From Nitrospiraceae bacterium (lineage in GTDB: Bacteria; Nitrospirota; Nitrospiria; Nitrospirales; Nitrospiraceae): DNA of 30,588 nt. Shown one piece after another: positions 1 to 10,077 of this stretch. The stretch's first letter is position 1; every line of letters starts with the position of its first letter. Both the position numbers and the translations under genes were made by a program. The stretch spans positions 1-30,588 of the forward strand of contig JBFWWG010000022.1 in the NCBI GenBank assembly GCA_050246315.1, given 5' to 3'. Under the pieces are notes generated by a model. The model made no database searches and had not been told where the DNA came from. It saw only the letters and a list, made by a program, of their open reading frames with translations.

Positions 1-173
1 ACCTCCAGCCGTTCATTCGTATGCGCGTGGCAGAGGGCCAGACGGCCTTCCGGCAGACGACCGGCCGACACGTCCGTCGGCCACAACGTGCGCGTACAGC
101 CCAGCAGCGCCGCGGCAAGCGACGTTCGCAAAAATGACCGCCTCGAACAATCTGTTCGCAACAGCTCATCCAT
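1..173 (-). CDS. Partial (5' end only) Tat-exported YcbK/DUF882 (peptidase M15-like) family protein
   Basis: Manual translation from ATG at 173: MDELLRTDCSRRSFLRTSLAAALLG...GRLALCHAHTNERLEV. Twin-arginine motif SRRSFL and HTxERL segment typical of YcbK/DUF882. Runs off the window edge; not in the ORF track. Confidence 0.7.
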   Translation of the reverse strand, partial: MDELLRTDCSRRSFLRTSLAAALLGCTRTLWPTDVSAGRLPEGRLALCHAHTNERLE

Positions 174-266
174 GATGATTCGTGAAAAGAGAACGAGCGA
201 AGGCTCTATGGGGAGATACCGGCTTCTACCAGATACAGCCGATCAGGTCAAGCCGAAATGTGTGGC

Positions 267-1958
267 TCATCCATGGCCCTGGGCCTTTTCGATTTTGGCC
301 CACGTGTCGCGGAGCGCCACCGTCCGGTTGAAAACCAGTGTCTGCGCCGTCGAATCCGGATCGACGCAAAAATATCCGAGCCGCTCGAATTGCACGCGCA
401 GCCCCGGCTTCGCCTGAGCCAGACTGGGTTCGACCAGACAGCGCCGAAGAATCTGGACCGAGTCCGGATTAAGGCTGGAGACGAAGTCCCGTTCCTCGCC
501 GGGCCCCGCCTCGTTCAGGAGATGCTCATACAGCCGCACCTCAGCAGGAAGGGCCCCCGCGGCTGACACCCAATGGATGGTGCTCTTGACCTTGTGGCCG
601 GCACCCGACCCGCCGCTTCGCGTTTCGGGATCGTAGGTACATCGGACTTCGACGATCTCTCCGGTCCGTTCGTCCTTGATGACCCCGACGCATTTGATGA
701 TGTAGGCGTACCTCAGGCGCACCTCGCGTCCCGGGGCCAGACGAAAGAATTGCTTGGGCGGATCCTCGCGAAAGTCGTCCTGCTCGATGTAGAGGTCGCG
801 CGAAAATGACACGAGTCGCGATCCCGCCGTGGGATCTTCGGGGTTGTTGATCGCTTCCAACTCATCGGATTTTCCATCGGGGTAATTCTCGATGACCAAT
901 TTTAACGGACGCAGGACGCCCATGACCCTGGCCGCACGCCTGTTCAAGTCTTCTCTGATGAAGTGTTCGAGCAGCGCCATTTCGACCACCGACTCCCGCT
1001 TGGAGACACCGATGTGCTCACAAAAGGCACGAATGGCCTCCGGGGTGTATCCGCGCCGGCGGAGGCCCTTGATTGTTGGCAGTCGCGGATCGTCCCATCC
1101 GGCTACATGTCCCTCTTCCACCAATCGAAGCAATTTTCGCTTACTCATCACGGTATGGGTCAAATTGAGCCGGGCAAATTCGATTTGTTGAGGAGTCGAA
1201 GGCGCGCATGATTCCCTCACGACCCAGTCATACAAGGGACGATGATCTTCGAACTCCAGCGTGCAGATCGAATGCGTGATGCCTTCGATCGCGTCCGACA
1301 GGGGATGGGCGAAGTCGTAGGTGGGATAGATCAGCCAGGCATCGCCAGCTCGATAGTGCGCCACGCGCCGAATCCGATAGAGGATCGGATCGCGTAAGTT
1401 GATATTGGGCGAGGCCATGTCGATCTTTGCCCGCAACACATGGCTGCCTTCGGCGAAATCTCCCGCCCGCATACGCCGGAATAGGTCGAGATTCTCCTCG
1501 ATCGTCCGCGAACGATGGGGGCTGTCCTTGCCGGGCTCCGTCAGCGTGCCCCGATATTCCCGGATCTGATCGGCATTCAAACTGTCCACATAGGCGCGGT
1601 CCGACCGGATCAAGTGAACCGCGAATTGATAGAGTTGCTCAAAATAGTCGGAGGCGTAGTGTTCCTGGTGCCACGCGAACCCAAGCCATCGCACATCGTC
1701 CTTGATCGATTCGACGTACTCCAAGTTTTCCGTGGTGGGATTGGTGTCGTCGAACCGCAGGTTGCAGGTCCCCCGATGCACCAACGCCAGGCCGAAGTTC
1801 AGGCAAATCGATTTAGCGTGGCCGATATGGAGGTAGCCATTCGGCTCCGGAGGAAAGCGCGTAGCCACACGCCCTCCGTGCTTACCGGTGGCTTGATCTT
1901 GAGCCACGATCTCTTCGATGAAATTCGAAGCGGAAGAACCGGTTGGTTCGCTGATCAT
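267..1958 (-). CDS. glnS: Glutamine--tRNA ligase (GlnRS)
   Basis: [18 protein letters not shown] (HIGH), [17 protein letters not shown]-terminal QFERLGYF..D. Start set at MISEPT (ATG 1958). Confidence 0.97.
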   Translation of the reverse strand: MISEPTGSSASNFIEEIVAQDQATGKHGGRVATRFPPEPNGYLHIGHAKSICLNFGLALVHRGTCNLRFDDTNPTTENLEYVESIKDDVRWLGFAWHQEHYASDYFEQLYQFAVHLIRSDRAYVDSLNADQIREYRGTLTEPGKDSPHRSRTIEENLDLFRRMRAGDFAEGSHVLRAKIDMASPNINLRDPILYRIRRVAHYRAGDAWLIYPTYDFAHPLSDAIEGITHSICTLEFEDHRPLYDWVVRESCAPSTPQQIEFARLNLTHTVMSKRKLLRLVEEGHVAGWDDPRLPTIKGLRRRGYTPEAIRAFCEHIGVSKRESVVEMALLEHFIREDLNRRAARVMGVLRPLKLVIENYPDGKSDELEAINNPEDPTAGSRLVSFSRDLYIEQDDFREDPPKQFFRLAPGREVRLRYAYIIKCVGVIKDERTGEIVEVRCTYDPETRSGGSGAGHKVKSTIHWVSAAGALPAEVRLYEHLLNEAGPGEERDFVSSLNPDSVQILRRCLVEPSLAQAKPGLRVQFERLGYFCVDPDSTAQTLVFNRTVALRDTWAKIEKAQGHG

Positions 1959-2055
1959 ACTCTCGCCACGGCTTCTCGCGAATCGCACTTCACCCCAAAA
2001 TACAAAGAGCCGGCTGGTGTGGCCGGCTCCTCTCCCCATACCCGGATCAACAAAT

Positions 2056-2129
2056 TGGCTGGGGGACCAGGAATCGAACCTGGGTAGTCAGATCCAAAGT
2101 CTGACGTCCTACCGCTAGACGATCCCCCA
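2056..2129 (-). tRNA. tRNA-Gln(TTG)
   Basis: TGGGGGATCGTCTAGCGGTAGGACGTCAGACTTTGGATCTGACTACCCAGGTTCGATTCCTGGTCCCCCAGCCA; 74 nt cloverleaf, anticodon TTG, encoded CCA. Confidence 0.97.
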
Positions 2130-2228
2130 GCGCGAACCTTCACCCGAACGCGCGCTTGGAGCACATTCTGCTCCACCGAGCGGTATCTGGCGACACACAA
2201 CTGGCCGGTGAAACGCCGAAAGACAGAA

Positions 2229-2302
2229 TGGCTGGGGGACTAGGAATCGAACCTAGGTAGTCAGATCCAGAGTCTGACGTCCTACCGCTAGACGATCCCC
2301 CA
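2229..2302 (-). tRNA. tRNA-Gln(CTG)
   Basis: 74 nt near-copy of the adjacent tRNA with anticodon CTG and a compensatory T-stem change (CTAGG/CCTAG vs CCAGG/CCTGG); encoded CCA. Confidence 0.97.
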
Positions 2303-2324
2303 ACCAACATGCGAGCCTAATATA

Positions 2325-3752
2325 TCACCGACCGTCAGTCAAGCTGTCGGCGCGAGAGGCCGCATGGCGCAACCGTTCAAGCGTCCGATCCCGCCCGAGT
2401 AAATCGATCACCTCGAACAGGCCGGGGCTGGCCGTCCGTCCCGTCAGCGCCACGCGTACCGGTTGCGCCAGCTCGGCCATTTTGATTCCCGCTTCGGCCA
2501 CCGTGGCTTTGAATACGGTCTCCAGGTTCTCTTTCTTGAATTCCGGGACCGCGGCGAACCGCTCCGCCAAAAGTTCCAATAGGGGCGCGACAGCCGCCGT
2601 CAGGAATTTCTTGGCAGCCGCCCCGTCCATCTGAAGATCGGACTGAAGGTAGGGGACCGCAGCCTTGGCCATATCATCTAGCGTCTGGGCTCGCTCCCGA
2701 AAGGCCAGCACCAGTCGCTCCATCCAGCCGTTAGGCATTCCCGCCGCCTCGGTTCCGACCCCGGCCCGTTCCAGGAAGGGCTGCAACTGCTCCGCCACCC
2801 GTTTGGGTTCGCTCTGCTTGATGTACTGTGCATTCAGCCACAGCAGCTTTTCGGGATTGAACACCGCGGACGATTTATGGACATGGTCAAATGAAAATTT
2901 TTCGACCATTTCTTGAAGCGAGAAGACTTCCTGGTCCCCGAATGACCAACCCAGCCGCACGAGATAATTGATGAGAGCCTCGGGCAAATATCCCATGTCG
3001 CGATAGGCCAGCACCGACGTCGCCCCGTGCCGTTTCGACAGCCTGGCCTTGTCGGAACCCAGAATCATGGAGAGATGGCCGAATTGCGGCACCTGAAATC
3101 CCAACGCCTGGAAGATCGGGACCTGTCGCGGCGTGTTGGTCAGATGGTCATCTCCGCGCACGACATGCGTGATCCCCATCAGGGCATCATCGACCACGAC
3201 AGAAAAGTTGTAGGTCGGGTATCCGGTGGAACGGAGGATGATCAAGTCGTCCAGCACCGCGTTATCGAACACCACGCGACCCTTGACGAGATCCTCGATG
3301 ACAGTCTGCCCTTCTTGCGGAGCGCGGAACCGCAGGGCGGCGTCACCCGCCGGATTCATAATTCCCCGCTCCCGGCACCGCCCGTCGTATCTCGGTTGCA
3401 GCCCCTTGGCCAGGGCCTCCTTTCTCCTCTCCTCTAATTCCTCGGCGGTGCAGACGCACCAGTACGCCTGTCCGGCATTCAGCAGGCGCAGCGCGTGCTC
3501 GCGGTACAGATCCATGCGCTCGGTCTGGCGGTAGGGTCCTTCGTCCCAATCCAGTCCCACCCAACGCATTCCGTCGAGAATGGCCGTAATCGCTTCTTCC
3601 GTCGATCGGCTCTGGTCGGTATCTTCGATCCGAAGAATAAAAACCCCGTGATGTCGCCGCGCATACAACCAGTTGAAGAGGGCGGTCCGAACACCTCCGA
3701 TATGTAAATAGCCCGTAGGGCTCGGTGCAAACCGCACACGAACGTGACTCAT
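2325..3752 (-). CDS. gltX: Glutamate--tRNA ligase (GluRS)
   Basis: VRVRFAPSPTGYLHIGG, LRIEDTD, RLSKRHGA (KMSKS-like), C-terminal PVRVALTG..SPGLFE anticodon-binding domain. Confidence 0.97.
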   Translation of the reverse strand: MSHVRVRFAPSPTGYLHIGGVRTALFNWLYARRHHGVFILRIEDTDQSRSTEEAITAILDGMRWVGLDWDEGPYRQTERMDLYREHALRLLNAGQAYWCVCTAEELEERRKEALAKGLQPRYDGRCRERGIMNPAGDAALRFRAPQEGQTVIEDLVKGRVVFDNAVLDDLIILRSTGYPTYNFSVVVDDALMGITHVVRGDDHLTNTPRQVPIFQALGFQVPQFGHLSMILGSDKARLSKRHGATSVLAYRDMGYLPEALINYLVRLGWSFGDQEVFSLQEMVEKFSFDHVHKSSAVFNPEKLLWLNAQYIKQSEPKRVAEQLQPFLERAGVGTEAAGMPNGWMERLVLAFRERAQTLDDMAKAAVPYLQSDLQMDGAAAKKFLTAAVAPLLELLAERFAAVPEFKKENLETVFKATVAEAGIKMAELAQPVRVALTGRTASPGLFEVIDLLGRDRTLERLRHAASRADSLTDGR

Positions 3753-3953
3753 GCCGTCATCCTCTTCAGCACTCGCTTCCTCATCGTCTTCATTCCATGA
3801 GAACAGTTGCTGTAGGTCACGGGATCGCGAGCCTTCGGCATCGCTTGATACGCGCCCCTCTTAACATGCAAGGGAGAGGTTGTAAAGGTAATGGATCGGG
3901 GACGGTTGGAAAAACGGAACCCGCCGTTGGCACAACACCCTGGTTTACGGTGA

Positions 3954-4373
3954 TTAGTGGCCTTCCTTCACCAAGTTCTTGTTCACAGCGGGGATTTCCA
4001 CGTGAACATCTTTCGTCCCATTGGGCACACACTGACATCCCAAACGGGAATGCAACGTGATAGCCGGGGCTTCGTCCAATTGATCGAATTCGTCGTCGGT
4101 TCCTTCGTTGCAAGTCTCCAGCCCTTGTTTCACATAAACGTGGCAAGTCGAACAGGCGCAGACCCCGCCGCAGGCGTGCTCCAAATCAACCCCATGAGCC
4201 ATCGCAATATCAAGAATGCTGCCGGGCAGACCAGTTTCTCCATAGGGGATCTTGTCCGGGTCTACCTGGATCACGACGGTCTCGTTGGTCGCCTGCTTCA
4301 CAAACGTGATCGTGTAGGTCTTCGTCGGTAACTGATATTCAGTCTTTTCGATATAAGGATTCGTTCCACCCAT
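3954..4373 (-). CDS. fdx: ISC-type [2Fe-2S] ferredoxin (adrenodoxin family)
   Basis: LEHACGGVCACSTCHVYV ... SRLGCQC motif; divergent from the isc operon. Confidence 0.92.
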   Translation of the reverse strand: MGGTNPYIEKTEYQLPTKTYTITFVKQATNETVVIQVDPDKIPYGETGLPGSILDIAMAHGVDLEHACGGVCACSTCHVYVKQGLETCNEGTDDEFDQLDEAPAITLHSRLGCQCVPNGTKDVHVEIPAVNKNLVKEGH

Positions 4374-4493
4374 TTGTTACAATCCTTTCTCGTCATTCAC
4401 TTGAACGATGCTGTGCCGGGATAGGCCACCCCACCTCAGGGCCCTAAATCCTCGATGGACAATCATCCGATTCCTATTGCTCCCGGACTCCGG

Positions 4494-4521
4494 TTGACAT
4501 TCCTAAAATCATGATGATACT
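4494..4521 (+). promoter_or_regulatory. Putative sigma70 promoter of the isc operon
   Basis: TTGACA at 4494-4499, 16 nt spacer, GATACT at 4516-4521. Confidence 0.55.
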
Positions 4522-4523
4522 CT

Positions 4524-4580
4524 ATATACGACTTTTCTGGTCGGAGATCAATACGATCTCCGATTAAACTACTCGGATAC
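4524..4580 (+). promoter_or_regulatory. Two tandem IscR type-1-like operator boxes
   Basis: ATATACGACTTTTCTGGTCGGAGAT (4524-4548) and ATCTCCGATTAAACTACTCGGATAC (4556-4580) resemble the IscR type 1 consensus ATASYYGACTRWWWYAGTCRRSTAT; they lie between the promoter and the rrf2 ATG. Confidence 0.6.
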
Positions 4581-4589
4581 GCATTCATC

Positions 4590-5075
4590 ATGCTGAAGTT
4601 TTCGAAAAAGGCAGACTACGGACTGATGGCCCTACAGTACATGGCATCGCGGCAGAACCAGTATGGGGAGTTGTCAGTCCCCCGCATCGTCAACACAAAG
4701 GAGATCGCGGAAGAGTACAACATTCCATCCGAGTTGCTTGCCAAGGTCCTGCAGGCCCTGGCGAAGAACGGCCTGATCGAAAGTCATAATGGACCGAAGG
4801 GCGGATACCTGCTGGCACATCAGGCCAAGGCCATTACAATCGCCCAGGTATTGGAAGCGCTCGAGGGGCCGCTGGGCATCACCGACTGTTCTCATGAAAA
4901 TCATGACGGGATCCCCTGCTCGCAACAGGAGCATTGTACTATCCGGACACCGTTGCTCAAGCTCCAGGACAGCATCTATCAACTGTTGAACAACATGACC
5001 CTCCAGGACATGATGGGGGGGACGCCGCTCATTACCGTGCAATCTCTTACGACCGGCCAAGGAGTGACAAGATGA
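4590..5075 (+). CDS. iscR: Rrf2-family Fe-S cluster assembly regulator (IscR-like)
   Basis: [36 protein letters not shown], three C-terminal Cys; first gene of the isc operon; TGA overlaps the iscS ATG (ATGA). Confidence 0.88.
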   Translation: MLKFSKKADYGLMALQYMASRQNQYGELSVPRIVNTKEIAEEYNIPSELLAKVLQALAKNGLIESHNGPKGGYLLAHQAKAITIAQVLEALEGPLGITDCSHENHDGIPCSQQEHCTIRTPLLKLQDSIYQLLNNMTLQDMMGGTPLITVQSLTTGQGVTR

Positions 5076-6289
5076 AGTTGCCGATCTACCTCGATAACCA
5101 TGCGACCACCAAGGTCGATCCACGCGTCGTGGAAGCGATGCTGCCGTACTTTACGGAGAAATATGGCAATGCAGCCAGTCGCAACCACGCCTTCGGGTGG
5201 GCCGCCGAGGAAGGCGTCGAACAGGCGCGTCAGCAAATCGCCGAAGCGATCCATGCGGACGCCAAGGAAATCGTCTTCACCAGCGGAGCCACAGAATCGA
5301 ACAACCTCGCTCTCAAGGGCGTCGTCGAGATGTACCGAGAGAAGGGAGATCACATCATCGTCAGCTCGACAGAACACCGTTCGGTGTTGGACACCGCCAA
5401 GACACTGGAAACCAAACGGGGCGTGAAGGTCACGTACCTACCGGTCGATAAATACGGCATGGTGAGTCCGGATGATGTTCGATCTGCCTTGACGGACAAG
5501 ACAGTGCTCATTTCCGTTATGCTGGCCAACAACGAAATCGGCACGATCAATCCGGTAGCGGAGATCGGCAAGGTCGCCAAGGAAAAAGGGGTGCTCTTTC
5601 ACTGTGATGCGACCCAGGGCGTCGGGAAGATCCTCGTGGACGTCCAGACCATGGGCATCGATCTCTTGTCCTGTACTGCGCATAAGATTTACGGTCCCAA
5701 GGGCATCGGCGCGCTGTACGTTCGAAAGAAGGGGCCCCGCGTGCGTCTGGCACCGATCATCGACGGGGGCGGGCACGAACGAGGCATGCGGTCGGGAACC
5801 CTGGCAGTGCCGTTGATCGTCGGGTTCGGAGCCGCTGTGGCTCTCTGCCTGCAGGAGATGCCGGTGGAATCAGTTCGTCTGGCCGCGCTGCGGGACCGAC
5901 TTCAGAAAACCATCACGTCCGCCCTGGAGGAGGTCTATCTCAACGGACATTCCATCCAACGGCTGCCCCATAATTTGAATCTGTCCTTTGCTTACGTGGA
6001 GGGGGAGTCGCTGTTGATGGGGATGAAGGAGATCGCGCTCTCCTCTGGATCGGCCTGTACGTCGGCTACCCTGGAGCCCTCTTATGTGCTCAAGGCGCTG
6101 GGGGTGGGAGCGGAGCTGGCTCACTCCTCGATTCGGTTCGGTATCGGCCGGTTCAACAGCGAAGAGGAGATTGACTACACTGCCAAACGGATGATCGAGA
6201 CGGTCACGAAATTGCGCGAGATGTCCCCGCTGTACGAGATGGCGAAGGAGGGCATCGATTTGAAATCCGTCCAGTGGGCGGCGCACTAA
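5072..6289 (+). CDS. iscS: Cysteine desulfurase IscS
   Basis: [31 protein letters not shown] (PLP Lys), SSGSACTS (catalytic Cys), [20 protein letters not shown]-terminus. Start at ATG 5072. Confidence 0.97.
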   Translation: MKLPIYLDNHATTKVDPRVVEAMLPYFTEKYGNAASRNHAFGWAAEEGVEQARQQIAEAIHADAKEIVFTSGATESNNLALKGVVEMYREKGDHIIVSSTEHRSVLDTAKTLETKRGVKVTYLPVDKYGMVSPDDVRSALTDKTVLISVMLANNEIGTINPVAEIGKVAKEKGVLFHCDATQGVGKILVDVQTMGIDLLSCTAHKIYGPKGIGALYVRKKGPRVRLAPIIDGGGHERGMRSGTLAVPLIVGFGAAVALCLQEMPVESVRLAALRDRLQKTITSALEEVYLNGHSIQRLPHNLNLSFAYVEGESLLMGMKEIALSSGSACTSATLEPSYVLKALGVGAELAHSSIRFGIGRFNSEEEIDYTAKRMIETVTKLREMSPLYEMAKEGIDLKSVQWAAH

Positions 6290-6350
6290 CCTCCATACGG
6301 ATGCCGAGACGTTATAGAATTCTACAGGAAGACAGAGAGGAGGACCGACG

Positions 6351-6755
6351 ATGGCATACAGCGACAAAGTCGTTGATCATTTCAATAACCCTCGCAACAT
6401 GGGTTCGTTCAAGAAGGAGGAGGATGGCGTTGGGACCGGGATCGTCGGCGCCCCCGAGTGCGGCGACGTCATGAAGCTGCAGATCAAAGTGCAGAACGAC
6501 ACCATCGTGGACGCCAAGTTCAAGACGTTCGGCTGCGGATCGGCCATCGCCAGCTCCAGCCTGGCCACGGAATGGCTCAAAGGAAAAAGCGTCAATGAGG
6601 CCGCCCAGATCAAGAACACGGATATCGTGCAGGAGCTGAACCTGCCGCCCGTCAAGATCCACTGCTCCGTGCTGGCAGAAGACGCGATCAAGGCCGCGCT
6701 CAACGACTATAAGAAGAAGCAAGGGGGCTCTGCCCCGGACGGCAAGGAAGGGTAA
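6351..6755 (+). CDS. iscU: Fe-S cluster scaffold IscU
   Basis: MAYSDKVVDHFNNPRN, GAPECGDVM, FGCGSAIAS, LPPVKIHCS (HscA-binding motif); SD GAGGAGG. Confidence 0.97.
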   Translation: MAYSDKVVDHFNNPRNMGSFKKEEDGVGTGIVGAPECGDVMKLQIKVQNDTIVDAKFKTFGCGSAIASSSLATEWLKGKSVNEAAQIKNTDIVQELNLPPVKIHCSVLAEDAIKAALNDYKKKQGGSAPDGKEG

Positions 6756-6774
6756 CCACTGAGAGGTAACAGCG

Positions 6775-7122
6775 ATGGACAGCCAGGCTACCACACCGGT
6801 CATCACACTCACCGAGTCCGCGGTCAAGGAAGTCAAGCGCCTGCTCGACCTGCAGGGCATCACCGAAGGCGGGTTGCGCTTGGGGGTGAAAGGCGGGGGC
6901 TGCTCGGGGTTGAGTTATACCCTCAACTTCGACGAGAAGATCGGTCCGCATGATCAGGTGTATGACATCGAGGGGATCAAGGTGATTGTGGACGTCAAGA
7001 GCGCCATCTATCTCCAAGGGACCCAGCTTGATTATTACAAGGATCTCATGACCGGGTCGTTTCGGTTCATCAATCCGAACGCATCGAAAACCTGCGGCTG
7101 CGGCGAATCCTTTTCCGCTTAG
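6775..7122 (+). CDS. iscA: A-type Fe-S carrier IscA
   Basis: GVKGGGCSG..Y, NPNASKTCGCGESFS; position within the isc operon. Confidence 0.95.
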   Translation: MDSQATTPVITLTESAVKEVKRLLDLQGITEGGLRLGVKGGGCSGLSYTLNFDEKIGPHDQVYDIEGIKVIVDVKSAIYLQGTQLDYYKDLMTGSFRFINPNASKTCGCGESFSA

Positions 7123-7182
7123 GCCGGACAGGACACATCTCGCGAGTCTGCGACGATGTCGCGACTCCTAAGGCTGGAACCC

Positions 7183-7911
7183 ATGGAAGAGACCGTCAAC
7201 ATGCCTCCTCGGCGCACCGAGCTCCACATGGCTCGGAGTATGTGTTGGCACTGTCAATCCCAAGTCACGGGAGAGTATTTTTGCGACCGCTGCGTCAAGG
7301 TCCAGCCGCTGTCCAAGGAGAGCGACTACTTTTCCTGCTTGGGGCTCCCGCGGCGTCTGATGATCGACGCACAGGACCTGGAACGCCGGTTTTACGACAT
7401 GAGTCGCGCGTTCCATCCGGATTTCTTCCACACCAAAACGGACACGGAACGGACGATCAGCCTCGGCAATTCGGCCCTGTTGAACAATGCTTACCGTACG
7501 TTGAAAGATCCGATTCAACGGGCTGAATATCTGGTCGGCCTGGAGGCCGGATCCGTCAAGAACATCCGATCGGCCCCGCCGGCCGAACTGTTTGAAGAAA
7601 TCCTCTCTTTGCAAGAGGATCTCGAAAACTACCGGCAAGGCTTGGCAGAGGGATCCTCCGACAAGCTGGCTGGCTTGCGCGCCAAGCTCGACTCGGACCG
7701 CCGAGGCCTGGAAGAACGCCAGCAAGAGCTGGAGTCGAGCCTCTTCGGGCTGTTCAGAAAATGGGATGCGCTCCACCAACAAGAGGAGGGAGGCGCCGCA
7801 ATGCGCGTTGAAAAGGATGCTGTGCTCAAGGAGATGCGCGAGGTTCTGTCCAATCGCACTTATGTCTGCAACATTGTCACCGACGTGGCCAACACCCTGG
7901 AATCCAATTAG
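7183..7911 (+). CDS. hscB: Fe-S co-chaperone HscB with N-terminal tetracysteine domain
   Basis: J-domain HPD (FHPDFF), LNNAYRTLKDPIQRAEYL; N-terminal CWHC-x9-FCDRC. Start uncertain (7156, 7183, 7201 or 7228). Confidence 0.92.
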   Translation: MEETVNMPPRRTELHMARSMCWHCQSQVTGEYFCDRCVKVQPLSKESDYFSCLGLPRRLMIDAQDLERRFYDMSRAFHPDFFHTKTDTERTISLGNSALLNNAYRTLKDPIQRAEYLVGLEAGSVKNIRSAPPAELFEEILSLQEDLENYRQGLAEGSSDKLAGLRAKLDSDRRGLEERQQELESSLFGLFRKWDALHQQEEGGAAMRVEKDAVLKEMREVLSNRTYVCNIVTDVANTLESN

Positions 7912-7949
7912 GGACCGGCCGACCTGTACATCTCTTAGGCTAGGACATT

Positions 7950-9770
7950 ATGGCACCCATCGTCGGCATAGATCTCGGCACCACCAATTCACTGATCGCC
8001 TACATGGACGGCTCGACGCCCCGCGTGCTCGCGGACCGTCATGACCGCACCATGGTGCCGTCGATCGTCGCACTCACCGACAATGGATTGATTGTCGGCG
8101 ATGCGGCCAAGGAATTTCTCGTACGAAGCCCGGACCGCACGGTCTATTCCGTGAAGCGCTTCATGGGCAAGAGCTTGCAGGACGTGTCCGATGAACTGAC
8201 CTATTTCCCTCATCATCTTGAGGAAAAGAGCGGGGTCATCCGCATTCGGATCGGCGAGAAGACCTACTCCCCACCGCAAATTTCCGCCATGGTGCTGAAG
8301 GAGCTGAAACAACGGGCGGAGGCGTTTTTTGGAGAGGACGTGAGACAAGCCGTCATCACGGTCCCTGCCTATTTCAACGACAGCCAGCGCCAGGCGACCA
8401 AAGACGCCGGGACAATTGCGGGCCTCGAAGTTCTGCGGATCATCAATGAACCGACGGCTGCGTCGCTGGCTTACGGATTACAGGAGCGGACCCAGGGCAC
8501 GATCGCGGTTTACGATCTCGGCGGCGGCACGTTCGATCTGTCGATTCTCAAGTTGAAGGACGGCATTTTCGAGGTGTTGTCCACCAACGGCGACACGCAC
8601 CTTGGCGGCGATGATTTCGACCGGCGTCTGGCGGACGTGATGGTGAAGGAGATTCGCGAGCAGCAGGGACTGGACTTGAGCCAGTTTCCCGATGCAATGC
8701 AGGAGGTTCGGCTCGAAGCCGAACGGGTGAAGATCCGGCTATCGGATGACCACAAGGCCGCGGCGACCGTGGAGTTGCCGGATTCCAAAGACCGATACCA
8801 GCGGGAGTTCACCCGCGATCAATTCCACGCCTTGACCGCGGATCTCGTCGAGCGCACCTTGAAACCCTGTCGCCTGGCCTTGAAAGATGCGGGGCTCAAT
8901 CCATCCGAGATCGACGAGGTCGTGCTGGTCGGCGGCGCAACCCGCATGCCGGTCGTGCGGCAACGCGTCCAGGAACTGTTCGGCAAACGCCCGCATTGCG
9001 AATTGAATCCCGACGAAGTCGTCGCGCTGGGGGCCGCCGTCCAGGCCGGCATCCTGAGCGGTGTCACCCAGAATCTTCTGTTGTTGGACGTCACACCCCT
9101 CTCGCTTGGGATCGAGACCATGGGCGGCGTCATGAGCCCATTGATCCGGCGCAACACGACGATCCCGACCAGTGCGAAAGAAATGTACACCACGTATGTG
9201 GACGGACAAACCTCCGTGGATCTGCACATTCTGCAGGGTGAGCGTGAACTCGTCAAAGACAACCGGAGCTTGGGGCGCTTTCAACTCAAGGTTCCGCCGT
9301 TGCCGGCTGGCATCCCTCGTATCGAAGTCACGTTCCTCATCGACGCCAATGGCATTCTCAACGTGTCGGCCAAGGACGTGCGCACCGGTGAAACCCAATC
9401 GATCCAGGTCAAGCCCTCTTACGGCCTCTCGGACGATGAGGTCGAGCGCATGATCAACGAATCCTATACCTTTGCAGCCGAAGACCTGAAAGCGCGTCAG
9501 GTCATTGAGGCCAGAACGGAAGCCGATGCCATTCTCGCGGCAACCGAGAAGGCCCTCCACATGGGTGCCCAGCTGATTGAGGCCCGTGAGATCGAGCAGA
9601 TCCGCCAGGCGCTGGTCACTCTTCGCACCGCAAAGCAGGGAGACGACCATCGGGCGATTCGGGCCCAGATCGGCGAAGTGGAAAAGGTGACTCACCACCT
9701 GGCCGAAGTGTTGATGGACAATTCGCTCAAGGAAGCGCTGCAACACAAGAAGCTCTCCCAAGTCACGTAG
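7950..9770 (+). CDS. hscA: Fe-S chaperone HscA (Hsp70 family)
   Basis: [46 protein letters not shown]; follows hscB. Confidence 0.94.
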   Translation: MAPIVGIDLGTTNSLIAYMDGSTPRVLADRHDRTMVPSIVALTDNGLIVGDAAKEFLVRSPDRTVYSVKRFMGKSLQDVSDELTYFPHHLEEKSGVIRIRIGEKTYSPPQISAMVLKELKQRAEAFFGEDVRQAVITVPAYFNDSQRQATKDAGTIAGLEVLRIINEPTAASLAYGLQERTQGTIAVYDLGGGTFDLSILKLKDGIFEVLSTNGDTHLGGDDFDRRLADVMVKEIREQQGLDLSQFPDAMQEVRLEAERVKIRLSDDHKAAATVELPDSKDRYQREFTRDQFHALTADLVERTLKPCRLALKDAGLNPSEIDEVVLVGGATRMPVVRQRVQELFGKRPHCELNPDEVVALGAAVQAGILSGVTQNLLLLDVTPLSLGIETMGGVMSPLIRRNTTIPTSAKEMYTTYVDGQTSVDLHILQGERELVKDNRSLGRFQLKVPPLPAGIPRIEVTFLIDANGILNVSAKDVRTGETQSIQVKPSYGLSDDEVERMINESYTFAAEDLKARQVIEARTEADAILAATEKALHMGAQLIEAREIEQIRQALVTLRTAKQGDDHRAIRAQIGEVEKVTHHLAEVLMDNSLKEALQHKKLSQVT

Positions 9771-9837
9771 CCGACTCTCATTGCTCAGAGGAGATCTGGC
9801 GTGAGGCGAAGCCCGCGCCACCCTCAAGGACGACCTC

Positions 9838-10050
9838 ATGCATGTGACATGGCAGGATACCGAAGAGATCGCGATTCAGTTGACAGAAGCACACCCGGAC
9901 GTGGACCCGCTCACGGTCCGATTTACCGACCTGCATGCCTGGATCACCGCCCTCCCGGACTTCAAAGACGATCCCAAGAAATCCAACGAGAAACTGCTCG
10001 AAGCGATCCAGATGGCCTGGTGGCAGGAGTACAAGGACGCTCGTTCGTAA
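9838..10050 (+). CDS. iscX: Fe-S assembly protein IscX (YfhJ)
   Basis: WQDTEEIAIQL..HPDVDPLTVRFTDLHAWI..LPDF.DDP..SNEKLLEAIQMAW. Confidence 0.95.
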   Translation: MHVTWQDTEEIAIQLTEAHPDVDPLTVRFTDLHAWITALPDFKDDPKKSNEKLLEAIQMAWWQEYKDARS

Positions 10051-10077
10051 CGACGCCGCCTCCCTCCGCAACCCAGC

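Noticed and set aside
2056..2302. Direct repeat of about 74 bp as an att site or CRISPR-like repeat
   Set aside because: Both copies are full-length tRNA-Gln genes with different anticodons; no integrase or cas gene is present.
8739..9839. 366 aa minus-strand ORF opposite hscA, and similar long ORFs opposite typA (12580-13461, 13801-14724)
   Set aside because: Typical antisense shadows of conserved genes in GC-rich DNA; no motifs.
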